Source of the DNA: Candidatus Multivoradales bacterium
GTDB lineage: Bacteria; Acidobacteriota; Thermoanaerobaculia; Multivoradales; JAHEKO01
Length of the DNA stretch: 64,000 nt
Assembly (NCBI GenBank): GCA_965223855.1
Contig: CBDCXM010000009.1
Location: 336,142-400,141 of the forward strand
Direction: 5' to 3'
Part shown: piece by piece, positions 19,826 through 29,540 of the stretch
Layout of the letters: each line of letters starts with the position of its first letter
How positions within the stretch are numbered: position 1 is the first letter of the stretch
Notes under the pieces: generated by a model
What the model saw: only the letters and a program-made list of their open reading frames with translations
Told to the model about the DNA's origin: nothing
Database searches by the model: none
Made by a program: the position numbers and the translations under genes

Positions 19826-21151
19826 CTAGGGGACGGTCACCGACCAGGCCGAGGTGTCGCCTGACTCGAAGCCGTCTTCGAAGATCGGCGGGAGTCTGAA
19901 CACCCAGGCGATGCCGTGGGGCTCGAACTGGATGTTGTTGGAGTTGCCGACGAGGAGCCGGGAACCGCTGAATGAGAGGGCCTCACCGAATGTGTCGAGG
20001 ATCTGGCCGACCGGCGCTCGGAAAGTACCTACCTCTACCCATTCACCGTCGATGTAGCGGTTGTCGTAGACGATCCCCTGCCTGATCTGAGCGCCGTTGT
20101 CGCTCTCGCCGCCTACGAGGGCGATGTTGCCCCTCAGGGCCACGGCAGTGCCGTAGTAGTTGCCGTTGTTGGCGGCGTCCGACGCCAGGAGCTGTTGTTC
20201 TTCGCTCCAAACACCTCCTGAGCGACGGAAGACGTAGGCGGCACCGGGGCCGGGACCGCTTGGCGAAGGGTGCTGTTGCGCGCCAGCGAGCAGCGCATCT
20301 GGCTCCAGGGAGACAGAGAAACCCAGCATGGTGGCAAGAGTCCCGTCAGAAGCGCCCAGCTTCTGCTGAAACTGCCAGTTGGAGCCGTCGAAGGTGTAGA
20401 CGAAGACCGCACCGGAGTTGAGACCTCCGGTGGTGTCGTTGCTGAAGTCGCCCACGACGAGGTCGTCCCCTCGCAGATCTACGGCCCAGCCGAAGCTGTG
20501 GCTACTGGACGGAGCCGAGTCGGTCAACTTCTGCCTCTCGATCCACTGATGGCCTATTCGCTCGAAGTAGTAGACAGCTCCAGGGGTGGCCGTGTCGGCC
20601 CCGGCCCGCATGGCTCCCACAGCCAGCCGGTCTCCCTCTAGTGCAAGAGCCCTCGCGAAGTGGTCCTGTTCGTCGCTGTCTGACCCTCGAATCTTGTCGA
20701 CCTCGATCCAGTTGTCACCTACGCCGCGAATGAAGTAGTAGAAACTCCCCTGGTTCAATTCGTCGTCGTCGAACGGTGCCCCGACGATGGCTACGCTCCC
20801 ATCGATGGCGACCGCAACTCCGAAACCGTCGCCCTCAGCGCCATCGGAAGCTGTAAGCATCGCGTCCTCAACCCAGGTTTCACCTTCGCGCTTGAAGATC
20901 CATGCGGCGCCCTGCTCTTCCTGTCCGCCGATGTCAGCTCCGTTGGCGCCGACGATGGCGTAGTCGCCATCGATATCGACTGCCGAACCGAACCTCCAGC
21001 CGCTCTGTTGCATGACACCTTGCAGCTGAGCCTCGGCCTCCCATTGGCCGCCGGAACCTTCGGAGGCTGCGGCCAGGCCTACAACGTTCGCGACCGGCAG
21101 GAGCAGTAGCGTGAGCGCCCGTCGCTTGGCTCTAGGGGCAAACGGTTCCAT
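19826..21151 (-). CDS. FG-GAP repeat (integrin-alpha-like beta-propeller) secreted protein
   Basis: Signal peptide. Repeated FG/GAP-like blocks (GDYAIVGA, AAWIF, GAVYYF). Lies in a region of lower GC. Confidence 0.55.
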   Translation of the reverse strand: MEPFAPRAKRRALTLLLLPVANVVGLAAASEGSGGQWEAEAQLQGVMQQSGWRFGSAVDIDGDYAIVGANGADIGGQEEQGAAWIFKREGETWVEDAMLTASDGAEGDGFGVAVAIDGSVAIVGAPFDDDELNQGSFYYFIRGVGDNWIEVDKIRGSDSDEQDHFARALALEGDRLAVGAMRAGADTATPGAVYYFERIGHQWIERQKLTDSAPSSSHSFGWAVDLRGDDLVVGDFSNDTTGGLNSGAVFVYTFDGSNWQFQQKLGASDGTLATMLGFSVSLEPDALLAGAQQHPSPSGPGPGAAYVFRRSGGVWSEEQQLLASDAANNGNYYGTAVALRGNIALVGGESDNGAQIRQGIVYDNRYIDGEWVEVGTFRAPVGQILDTFGEALSFSGSRLLVGNSNNIQFEPHGIAWVFRLPPIFEDGFESGDTSAWSVTVP

Positions 21152-22280
21152 CGTCGATGGTCAAGCGTACATCCCATCGGGTGAAGCGAGCCCGAATGTT
21201 GCCTTGGGAACTTGGCCAGTTCGTGAGCCTGAGGGTCCATGGGCCGTCCGCTACCGTGCCTACGAAGACATTGTCTAGCAGCACCAATGGCGTCAGCTCG
21301 TCCTGGTCGTAGGCAACTTGGAGCTCGTCAGCCGGCTCGAAGTCTTTCAGGAGAATCGACTGACCCTGAGGTCCTGTCAGGGCAACGGAGAATCTCGTAT
21401 CCGCCGGCACACTGAAGCCGCGAAGCAAATAGACATCAGCGTCTGAAACCGTGCCGCCGATCGGATCTGATGCGAACGTCAGTGTCGCCTCGGCCCACTC
21501 TCCGGGCTCGAGCACGCCCTCGTTCATCGAGGATGTCTCGATCTGCCTCAGATGGTCGAACTTCACGTTCTGTGTCCGCCTGAACGTAGGGAATCCTGAG
21601 TCGTCCGAGGCCACCTCGATCTGCGCCGTCCTCACGATGGGGCAGTCCTCGGTGTCGTCGAAGGTCATCGCGATATCGACCGGAGGCTCGGGCGCATCGA
21701 CCGGGGGCAGCGTGTGCGTTGAAGGCGAGGTCGCCGGGACGTTGTCGAAGAGAATCCATCCCGCACCGCCAGCCGAGAGGGTGACGTCCTGCGGCACGAT
21801 CCATCGGTTTCTCGGGTCGTAGGTGATCTGCGTTCCGGTGGGAAGGCCAAGGCCACCGTCTCCAGTCAGGTCTTTCGGTACAGAAAGTGTGAAGCCCTCT
21901 GTACCGACGAACACCCGATGGAGGATCGGTTCCCGAGTCTCGTAGGTGTAGTCAAAAAAAGCCAACGTTTCTTCGAAGACACCCGGACCCAGGCTGATGT
22001 TGTTGTTGGGCGCCACCTCGAGACTCACCTCCTGCCCCTCCCCTAGTGTGCCCGAAGTGGGCCCGCTCACCACATCGAAGAAGCTCGTGATCGGCTGGGG
22101 GTGAGACTTGACTTCCCATGGGAGCGGTGTGCCATCCGGAGTCCCGTCGAACGGCACGGCAACGTCGAAGGTCAGACCCGGGAAGTCGCTGGCGTCAGTA
22201 GGAGGGCCGTAGAACTCTGCTACGGGTCCGCTGAAGCTCTGATTCACCTGAATCCCGAGCGCAGGGATCGTTGTGTTCAT
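21132..22280 (-). CDS. hypothetical protein, possible proprotein-convertase P-domain-like C-terminus
   Basis: 382 aa with no obvious signal peptide. C-terminal GPWTLRLTNWPSSQGNIRARFTRWDVRLT resembles the P-domain consensus. 20-nt overlap with the downstream FG-GAP gene. Low GC. Confidence 0.4.
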   Translation of the reverse strand: MNTTIPALGIQVNQSFSGPVAEFYGPPTDASDFPGLTFDVAVPFDGTPDGTPLPWEVKSHPQPITSFFDVVSGPTSGTLGEGQEVSLEVAPNNNISLGPGVFEETLAFFDYTYETREPILHRVFVGTEGFTLSVPKDLTGDGGLGLPTGTQITYDPRNRWIVPQDVTLSAGGAGWILFDNVPATSPSTHTLPPVDAPEPPVDIAMTFDDTEDCPIVRTAQIEVASDDSGFPTFRRTQNVKFDHLRQIETSSMNEGVLEPGEWAEATLTFASDPIGGTVSDADVYLLRGFSVPADTRFSVALTGPQGQSILLKDFEPADELQVAYDQDELTPLVLLDNVFVGTVADGPWTLRLTNWPSSQGNIRARFTRWDVRLTIDDGTVCP

Positions 22281-22324
22281 GCTCGACCCGAGGGGTCCCC
22301 ATCCGACGCCCAGGGCACCGTCAA

Positions 22325-23659
22325 CTATGGGTCGAACGGGGCCCAGGCGTCAGCTACCTGTCGGTAGCGGTCACTGAGCCAGTCGGCGATGGCGGCCCGC
22401 TCCAGCTTGCGCTGTCCACCTGCTCGCGCGGGGGATCCGGCGTGACCGCGCACGCGCCAGCTCTCGGCAACGTCGCCGTCGTAGGCCGTCTCCGGAGCCT
22501 TCGCAACCTCGCGGTAGGCGTCACGGAACGGCTCCCCCTTCGCCACCCGCTGGTAGACGGCATCGGTTGCCGCGCTCGCAGGTTCGATCGCCGAGCGGCA
22601 GCGCTCGCGATCGACCTCGAGCCCTTCGAGCACCGGTACGAAGGTCACCAGCAGGTCGCGCGCCAGGGTCATCCCTTCGAGGAACGGCGCCTTGGTGAGC
22701 TGCAGGTCGCGGTGGTAGCCGGCGCCGACGCCGCCGTAGATATCCCCGATCTCGCCGACCAACGAGCGCAACCGCGCCGCCGCGGCGCGGGCGATCTCGA
22801 GCGGGTCGGGGTTGCGTTTCTGCGGCATGATGCTCGAGCCGGTGGTGGTCGCGGCGCCGAGGCGCAGGAAGGCGTGCTCCTCGCCCGACCAGGCGATGAG
22901 GTCGCGGGCCAGTCGGCCGAGGTCGGTGGCGATCGCCGCGGCGACTCCGAGCACCAGCGCCTCGGTGCGGCCACGGTCGCTCTGGACGGCGACGGTGTTG
23001 ACCTGCACGCGGTCGAAGCCGAGCAGCTCGGCGACCCGCTCGCGGTCGAGCGGCAGGGCAACGCCGTAGCCGGAGGCGCTGCCGAGCGGCGAGCGGTTGA
23101 GGTGGCCCCAGGCGGTCTCGATCCATGGCTGGTGGTCGAGCAACGCGTCGACCCAAGAGTCGAAGTAGTGGCCGAGCGTCGTCGGCATCGCCTGCCGGGT
23201 GTGGGTGTAGCCGGGCATGCTGGTCTCGGCGTGCTCCTGCGCCAGCCCGGCCAACGCGCCGACGGCCTCGAGGAGGGCCTTGTCGAGCTCGAGCAGCGCC
23301 TCGCGCCCCCACAGCCGCAGCGCCGCGATCACCTGATCGTTGCGGCTGCGGCCGGTGTGGATCCGCTTGCCGGCGTCGCCGAGCCTGGCCGTCAGCCGGT
23401 TCTCGATCGCGGTGTGCCCGTCCTCCTCTTCTGAGGCGATCGTGAAGTCGTCGTCCGCGGCGATCGCCGCGAGCTCCCGGCACAGCGCCTCCGCCTCTTC
23501 GGCGGAGAGCACACCGATCTCGGCGAGCATCGTTGCGTGCGCCGCGCTCGCCAGAGCGTCGTGCGGCACCAGCAGGAGGTCGAGCTCCGGGTCGCGACCG
23601 ACGGTCAGTCGGGCGACGGCGGCCGACAGCGGCTCACCCTTGTCCCACAGCCGGCTCAC
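22325..23659 (-). CDS. argH: argininosuccinate lyase
   Basis: Fumarate-lyase signature GSSIMPQKRNPD. GTG start at 23659 overlaps the argG stop (GTGA). The Arg-rich N-terminal extension of ORF 22325..24808 is an artefact. Confidence 0.85.
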   Translation of the reverse strand: MSRLWDKGEPLSAAVARLTVGRDPELDLLLVPHDALASAAHATMLAEIGVLSAEEAEALCRELAAIAADDDFTIASEEEDGHTAIENRLTARLGDAGKRIHTGRSRNDQVIAALRLWGREALLELDKALLEAVGALAGLAQEHAETSMPGYTHTRQAMPTTLGHYFDSWVDALLDHQPWIETAWGHLNRSPLGSASGYGVALPLDRERVAELLGFDRVQVNTVAVQSDRGRTEALVLGVAAAIATDLGRLARDLIAWSGEEHAFLRLGAATTTGSSIMPQKRNPDPLEIARAAAARLRSLVGEIGDIYGGVGAGYHRDLQLTKAPFLEGMTLARDLLVTFVPVLEGLEVDRERCRSAIEPASAATDAVYQRVAKGEPFRDAYREVAKAPETAYDGDVAESWRVRGHAGSPARAGGQRKLERAAIADWLSDRYRQVADAWAPFDP

Positions 23660-24885
23660 GAGCCACTGTCGCCGAACTTGGTGATCACCCGGTGCGCCCG
23701 CAGGCGCAGCGAGTTGACGCGGATGAAGCCGCGCGCATCCTCGGCGTCGTAGCCCCCCTCGACGTCCATCGACGCGAGCGCCTGGTCGTAGAGCGAGCTC
23801 GGTGACGAGCGGCCGAGGATGGTGACCGAGCCCTTGTAGAGCCGCAGCCGCACCTCGCCGTCGATCAGCTTCTCCGACTGGTCGAAGGCGGCGCGGATGA
23901 AATCCATCTCGGGGCTGAACCAGAAGCCGTTGTAGATCAGTTCGGCGAACTTGGGTGCCAGCGAATCGCGGAGCCGCTGGACCTCTCGGTCCATGGCGAT
24001 CCCCTCGAGGTCGCGCAGCGCGTGGTGGAGGATCGTGCCGCCCGGGGTCTCGTAGACGCCGCGCGACTTGATGCCGATGAAGCGGTTCTCGACGATGTCG
24101 ATCCGGCCGATGCCATGGAGCCCGCCGAGTTCGTTGAGGCGGAGGAACAGCTCGAGCGGGTCGGAGATCCGACGGTAGCCGTCGTCGAGCTCGACCGGCC
24201 GCGCGTCGGCGAAGCGCAGCACGATCTCCTCCGGGTCGTCGGGGGCGTCGAGCGGCGAGCGGGTGAGCCGGAACATCTCTTCCGACGGCTCCTGCGCCGG
24301 GTCTTCGAGCATCCCCGCCTCGTAGCTGCAGTGCATCAGGTTCTCGTCGGTGCTGTAGGGCTTCGACACCGTCGCATCGACTTCGAGCCCCTGGGCGGCA
24401 GCGTACTCGAGCAGGTCCTGGCGCCCCTCGAAGCGCTCGAGGAACGCGCGGTCCTTCCACGGCGAGACGACGTCGAGGTTGGCGGCCAGCCCCGCGTAGG
24501 CGAGTTCGAAGCGCACCTGGTCGTTGCCCTTGCCCGTGGCGCCGTGGGCGACGGCGCTCGCCCCGGTCTCGCGCGCCACCGCGATCTGCTCGCGGGCGAT
24601 CAGCGGCCGCGCCAGGGCGGTGCCCAGCAGATAGCGGTTCTCGTAGATCGCGTTGCCCGCCACCGCCGGGAAGATGAAGTCGGTAACAAGCTCTTCGCGC
24701 AGGTCGCTCACGCGGACCTCGACCGCCCCCTGCTGCCTGGCGCGCTCGGCCACCGCCTCGAAGTCCTCCCGCTGGCCGACGTCGGCGACGAAGGCGACGA
24801 CGTCCCACCCCTCCTCCTGAAGGAAGCGCAGGATGCAGGCCGTGTCGAGCCCGCCGCTGTAGGCGAGAACAATGCGTCGTTTCAT
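23656..24885 (-). CDS. argG: argininosuccinate synthase
   Basis: AYSGGLDTS-type motif (LAYSGGLDTACIL) and full-length ArgG similarity. Confidence 0.9.
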   Translation of the reverse strand: MKRRIVLAYSGGLDTACILRFLQEEGWDVVAFVADVGQREDFEAVAERARQQGAVEVRVSDLREELVTDFIFPAVAGNAIYENRYLLGTALARPLIAREQIAVARETGASAVAHGATGKGNDQVRFELAYAGLAANLDVVSPWKDRAFLERFEGRQDLLEYAAAQGLEVDATVSKPYSTDENLMHCSYEAGMLEDPAQEPSEEMFRLTRSPLDAPDDPEEIVLRFADARPVELDDGYRRISDPLELFLRLNELGGLHGIGRIDIVENRFIGIKSRGVYETPGGTILHHALRDLEGIAMDREVQRLRDSLAPKFAELIYNGFWFSPEMDFIRAAFDQSEKLIDGEVRLRLYKGSVTILGRSSPSSLYDQALASMDVEGGYDAEDARGFIRVNSLRLRAHRVITKFGDSGS

Positions 24886-25003
24886 GGCGTCTCTCCGTCC
24901 GGAGGCGAGGCTACCGCCGTCTCAACTCCCGGCGCCAGTACCGCGGGTGGGGTTGTCGTCCCCGGGACCGGGGGTGCCCGCCCGCGAGGATCTATCGACC
25001 TGC

Positions 25004-26404
25004 TCAGTCCCCCCGGGTCTCGCGCTCCTGGAAGCGCTCGGCGAGCGAGCGCAGGAAACCGCTGACCCACGGCTTGATGGCGTCGAGCTCCTCGAGCAGC
25101 TGGTCGCGGCTGACCCGCTCGACGACCGTCTCTTCGAGCGTCACGACGCTCGCGGTGCGCGGCTCCGAGGTCATGATCGCCGTCTCGCCGAAGCACTCGC
25201 CCGGCCCGATGGTGCGGAGCGACACCTTCTCCCCGTCGATCTCCTTGAACACCTCGCACGAGCCGCTGGCGATGATGTAGGCGTGCTCGCCGGGGTCCCC
25301 CTCCCGCATCAGCAGATGCCCCGCCTCGAAGGTCTCGAGCGGCAGGCTGCCGCCGCGCATGAAGCCGACGATGTCCTGACGCAGCTCGACGACCGTCTGC
25401 TGCCTGTCCTCGGGTTTGCGCGCCATCGCTTTCTCGAGGATCCGCACCAGCTCGCGCGGTGCTCCGGCATCGTCCGGCAGCGGGGTGAAGTGGCGCTGGC
25501 GGGCCCGCAGGATCACCGTCTCGCTGGTGCGCCCCTCGTAGGGCGGCCGGCGGGCGACGAGGAAGTAGAGCATCGCGCCGACGGCGAAGATGTCCGCCCG
25601 GGCGTCCATCTCTCCCCCGGCCGCCTGCTCGGGCGACATGTAGCCCGGGGTACCGATGACCCTCCGCCCCCAGATCCGGGTGAACGTGCTCGACACCGGG
25701 TCGTCGATCTTCGCCAGCTCGCCGTCGGGGTCCGCCAGCCTCGCCAGCCCCCAGTCGACCAGGTAGACCTCGCCGAACTCCCCCACCATGACGTTCTCCG
25801 GCTTGACGTCGCGATGGACGACCCCTCGCTTGTGGGCGAAGGCGAGGGCGTTGCAGACCTTGACGACCACCTCCAGGAGGTCGAAGAGGGCGCCCCGCTC
25901 GATCGGCCCGGGCGGCAGCTCACGGACGAGCTCGGCGTAGGTCCGCCCCTCGAGGAGCTTCATCGTGAAGTGGAGCCGCCCGTCCTCGGTCCTTCCCAGA
26001 TCGTGGACCGGCACGATGTTGGGATGCTGCAACTGACCGGTGATCTGAGCCTCCCTCAGGAACGACTGGACCGCCTGGCGTTCGTCCTCCATCTCCGTCC
26101 GCAAGAGCTTCCGCGCCAGCCGGCGCCTCAGGGTGCGGTCGTGCAGCAGCTCGACGATCGCCATCCCGCCGCTGCCGATCTCCTCGCCCGTCTCGAAGCG
26201 CTCCTCGTCAGGCGGCAGGACGTTGGCCACCAGATCCGCCTTCGCCCGTTCGTCGAGCCGTTCCGGGGGGTCGTCGCGGGAACCGAGGAGACGCTTGAAC
26301 CAACCCTTCCGCGCACCGGAACCCTCCACGCGCGTCCCCTCGAGCACGGTCGCCGTACCGCCGTGTGTGCCCGATCCGGAACCGCTGGAGCGACCTTTCG
26401 TCAC
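25004..26404 (-). CDS. Ser/Thr protein kinase with C-terminal cyclic-nucleotide-binding (CAP-like) domain
   Basis: Kinase subdomains (GSGGMAIV, HRDVKPEN, DWG, GTPGYMSPE), then a cNMP-binding domain (FGETAIM...RTASV). GTG start. Confidence 0.75.
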   Translation of the reverse strand: MTKGRSSGSGSGTHGGTATVLEGTRVEGSGARKGWFKRLLGSRDDPPERLDERAKADLVANVLPPDEERFETGEEIGSGGMAIVELLHDRTLRRRLARKLLRTEMEDERQAVQSFLREAQITGQLQHPNIVPVHDLGRTEDGRLHFTMKLLEGRTYAELVRELPPGPIERGALFDLLEVVVKVCNALAFAHKRGVVHRDVKPENVMVGEFGEVYLVDWGLARLADPDGELAKIDDPVSSTFTRIWGRRVIGTPGYMSPEQAAGGEMDARADIFAVGAMLYFLVARRPPYEGRTSETVILRARQRHFTPLPDDAGAPRELVRILEKAMARKPEDRQQTVVELRQDIVGFMRGGSLPLETFEAGHLLMREGDPGEHAYIIASGSCEVFKEIDGEKVSLRTIGPGECFGETAIMTSEPRTASVVTLEETVVERVSRDQLLEELDAIKPWVSGFLRSLAERFQERETRGD

Positions 26405-26507
26405 CGGCGAATCGTATCAACGGCTTCGCCCCACGACTGTGGCAAACGAGGCTTCTCTCGCGACCTGCGCCAGGTCGTCGTCTCCCCGTCTCGTAACATG
26501 GCCGACA

Positions 26508-28685
26508 GTGAAGAAACGAGCCAAGGCCGGGGCTCCGAGCGCCCTGCGCGACTGGGCGCCGGTGGGCCTTTCGCTGGTGCTCCTCGTCGCCGCTATCGTC
26601 GCGACGGTCGCCGAGCCGACCGCGATGACGACCCTGCGTCACGCGGCGTTCGACGCCTACCAGCGCCTGCAGCCCCGCGAGTACCGGCCGGCCCCGGTGC
26701 GGGTGATCGACATCGACGAGGAGAGTCTCGACCGGCACGGCCAGTGGCCGTGGCCGCGGACGACGCTCGCCACGTTGATCGAACGGCTCGACGAAGCCGG
26801 AGCGCGCTCGATCGCCCTCGACGTCATGCTCGCCGAGCCGGACCGCACCTCGCCACAGCTCGCGCTCGAGAGTTGGGCCGCGGACCCGGCCGTCCGGGAC
26901 CTGGTGGCGCGCCTGCCCGATCACGACGAGGCTCTCGAGAAGAGGCTCGCCGCCTCGCCGGTAGTCACCGGCTTCATCCTCGATCAGGAGACCCAGGGAG
27001 AGACGCCGCTCGAGAAGGGGAGGATGGTGCTCGCCGGCGATCCGGCCGCCGCCTTCCTGCCGCCGTTTCGCGGTGCCGTCACCTCTCTGCGAGCGTTCGA
27101 GGCCGCGGCGGCGGGCAACGGTGCCCTCAACATGATCCCGAGCAACGACGGCATCGTCCGTCAGCTGCCCCTGTTGCTCGGCCACGGCGGAGCGGTGCGG
27201 CCCGGTCTGGCCGCCGAGGCTCTGCGGGTCGCCGAGGGCGCCGACAACTACGTCGTCAAGGCGTCGGGGGCGAGCGGCGAGGGGCGCTTCGGCGGCCGCA
27301 CCGGCATTGTCAACGTGCGGATCGGCGACCTCGAGCCGATCGTCACCGACGCGCGCGGCGCTGTCTGGCTCCACTACTCGGACCCGGTCCCCGAGCGCAC
27401 GCTCCCGGCCTGGAAGGTGCTGGCGGGCGACGTCCCGGAAGGCGCTCTCGAAGGGGGCATCCTCTTCCTCGGCACCTCCGCCGCGGGCCTCCACGACCTG
27501 CGCCTCGACCCACTCGGCCGGATCGCCCCGGGAGCAGAGGTGCACGCCCAGGGGATCGAGCAGATCCTGCAGGGGACCTATCTGACGAGGCCCGACTGGG
27601 CGCGGGCGGCCGAGATCCTCTTCATGGTGGCGATGTGGTTCGTGCTCGTCGCGCTGATCCTGCGCTTCGGCGCGCTGCCGGCGGCGGTGATCGGCATCGC
27701 GACGATCGCCGCCGCCTACCTCGGCTCGTGGTTCGCTTTCGATCGTCTGCGGCTGCTGCTCGATCCAACCTTTCCCTCGCTGTCGGCGCTGTCGATCTAC
27801 TTTGTCTGCTCGGTGGCGCAGCACTGGCGCGCGGAGCGCGATCGCACCTGGATCCGCGACGCCTTCTCGAGCTATATCTCGCCCAATCTCGTCCGGCACC
27901 TGATCGACAACCCCGGCGATCTCGCTCTCGGCGGCGAGCGACGCGAGTGCAGCTTCGTGATGACCGACCTCGAGTCGTTCACCACACTGGTCGAGAACCT
28001 CGAACCGACGGTCGCCGTCAGCCTGCTCAACGAGTACCTCGACGGCATCGTCGACATCGCGCTGGCGCGCGACGGCACCATCGACCGCATCGTCGGCGAC
28101 GCGGTAGCGGTGATGTTCTCGGCGCCGGCGGTGCAGCCCGACCACGCCGAACGCGCCGTCGCCTGCGCCCTCGAGATCGACGCGTTCGCCCGGCGCTTCA
28201 GCGCCGCCAGGGGCGAGCAGGGGGTCGAGGTCGGGCGGACGCGGATCGGCGTCAACACGGGCGTCGTCACCGTCGGCAACGTCGGCGGCGACCGGATCGT
28301 CGACTATCGTGCCCTCGGCGATCCGGTCAACACGGCCGCACGCCTCGAGACGGTCAACCGACACCTCGGTACCAACGTCTGCGTGAGCGCGGCGACCGTC
28401 GCCGCCTGCCCCGACTTCCACGGCCGCCCGATCGGACGCCTCCTGCTCAAGGGGAAATCCGAGGCGGTCGAGGCGTTCGAGCCGCTGTCGCGGGAAGAGG
28501 CGGCGGGGGCTTCGAACACGGCCTATCTGCGGGCGTTCGCCCTGATGGAGGAGGAGGCGGCGGAGGCCCCCGCCGCCTTCGACCGACTGCGGCAGCAACA
28601 CCCCGACGACCCCCTGGTCGCCCTCCACGCCGATCGCCTCGCCGCCGGCGAGACCGGCTCGACCATCGCCTTCTCCGAGAAGTAG
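26508..28685 (+). CDS. CHASE2 sensor-domain adenylate/guanylate cyclase
   Basis: GTG 26508 (alternative ATG about 110 nt downstream). N-terminal TM, periplasmic CHASE2-like domain, three TM helices, class III cyclase domain (FVMTDLESFT, RIGVNTGVVTVGNVG). The ORF-track start at 26133 is antisense to the kinase gene. Confidence 0.75.
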   Translation: MKKRAKAGAPSALRDWAPVGLSLVLLVAAIVATVAEPTAMTTLRHAAFDAYQRLQPREYRPAPVRVIDIDEESLDRHGQWPWPRTTLATLIERLDEAGARSIALDVMLAEPDRTSPQLALESWAADPAVRDLVARLPDHDEALEKRLAASPVVTGFILDQETQGETPLEKGRMVLAGDPAAAFLPPFRGAVTSLRAFEAAAAGNGALNMIPSNDGIVRQLPLLLGHGGAVRPGLAAEALRVAEGADNYVVKASGASGEGRFGGRTGIVNVRIGDLEPIVTDARGAVWLHYSDPVPERTLPAWKVLAGDVPEGALEGGILFLGTSAAGLHDLRLDPLGRIAPGAEVHAQGIEQILQGTYLTRPDWARAAEILFMVAMWFVLVALILRFGALPAAVIGIATIAAAYLGSWFAFDRLRLLLDPTFPSLSALSIYFVCSVAQHWRAERDRTWIRDAFSSYISPNLVRHLIDNPGDLALGGERRECSFVMTDLESFTTLVENLEPTVAVSLLNEYLDGIVDIALARDGTIDRIVGDAVAVMFSAPAVQPDHAERAVACALEIDAFARRFSAARGEQGVEVGRTRIGVNTGVVTVGNVGGDRIVDYRALGDPVNTAARLETVNRHLGTNVCVSAATVAACPDFHGRPIGRLLLKGKSEAVEAFEPLSREEAAGASNTAYLRAFALMEEEAAEAPAAFDRLRQQHPDDPLVALHADRLAAGETGSTIAFSEK

Positions 28686-28686
28686 C

Positions 28687-29403
28687 TCAGCGCTCGGAGG
28701 CGGCTTCGATCCGCCGGGCCTGCTCGAGCTGCGCCTCGATGTTGGCGAGCCAGGCACGGCCGTCGGCGGTGCGCGCCAGGAGTTGCATCGCCGGCTCGCA
28801 GTAGCGCTGGACGATCTTCGAGAAGAAGTGCGGGAAGTCCGCTTCGAGGTCCCGCGGGCTACCGTAGCCGAGGCGTTCATTGACGCCCGTTTCCTCGAAC
28901 TCGTAGTAGAGCGCCGGGTAGCGGCGGCGGGCGTGCGGCTCCGCCACCTGCCCGAGCAGATCGGCGGCGCGCGCGAGCCCCGGGAGGTCTTCGACCTCCT
29001 GGTAGGCGTCCTTTTCGGGCACCGGGAAACGGGTCCGATCGATGCAGGCGGTCATCCGCTCGACGTCGAGCAGCGGATGGCTCGCGAATCGCTCGCAGAC
29101 GAACTGGATGGCGCGATCGACGTGGTAAGGGCCGAGAGCGGCGTCGGTCGCCTCGAGGGGAAGCTCGACCACCGCGTCGCCGATCCCGGTCGCTCGGCGA
29201 CCCGGGTCGTCACCGCGGCACAGATCCGGCACGTAACCGATGTCGTGGCACAGGAGCGATGCGAGGACGTCCAGGCGATCGCAGGCCGGCACGGTTCCGC
29301 TCCGGTCGAGCCCTTCGAGGACCGCTTTGCCGACGAGGGTGACGAGCACCGTGTGGTGAGCGTTGTGGTAGAGCGCGTTGCACGAGGCCAGCCGCCCCAG
29401 CAC
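28687..29403 (-). CDS. HD-domain metal-dependent phosphohydrolase
   Basis: H...HD signature (YHNAHHT, LLCHDIGY). GTG 29403 as in the ORF track. The frame stays open upstream, so an alternative GTG at 29583 would add about 60 aa and overlap the OmpA-like gene end. Confidence 0.5.
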   Translation of the reverse strand: MLGRLASCNALYHNAHHTVLVTLVGKAVLEGLDRSGTVPACDRLDVLASLLCHDIGYVPDLCRGDDPGRRATGIGDAVVELPLEATDAALGPYHVDRAIQFVCERFASHPLLDVERMTACIDRTRFPVPEKDAYQEVEDLPGLARAADLLGQVAEPHARRRYPALYYEFEETGVNERLGYGSPRDLEADFPHFFSKIVQRYCEPAMQLLARTADGRAWLANIEAQLEQARRIEAASER

Positions 29404-29540
29404 CTCGACCGCGATCTCCCGCAGCGCGGCCGCATGCTCCCCCGCTTCGGGATCGGCCGCGAGAAAGCCCGCCTCCAGCCGCTCGGCGACGAGTTCGACG
29501 AGGGCGGCGGAAGGCTCGAACGATGGCGCCCCGCCGCCGA

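Noticed and set aside
22325-24808. 827-aa argH ORF with an Arg-rich N-terminal extension
   Set aside because: The extension reads through argG in another frame. The true argH starts at GTG 23659, overlapping the argG stop.
24872-28804. 1310-aa plus-strand ORF, and the 890-aa minus-strand ORF at 26208..28880
   Set aside because: Both are off-frame or antisense to the kinase and CHASE2 cyclase genes. The translations are Arg/Pro/Gly-rich with no domain signal.
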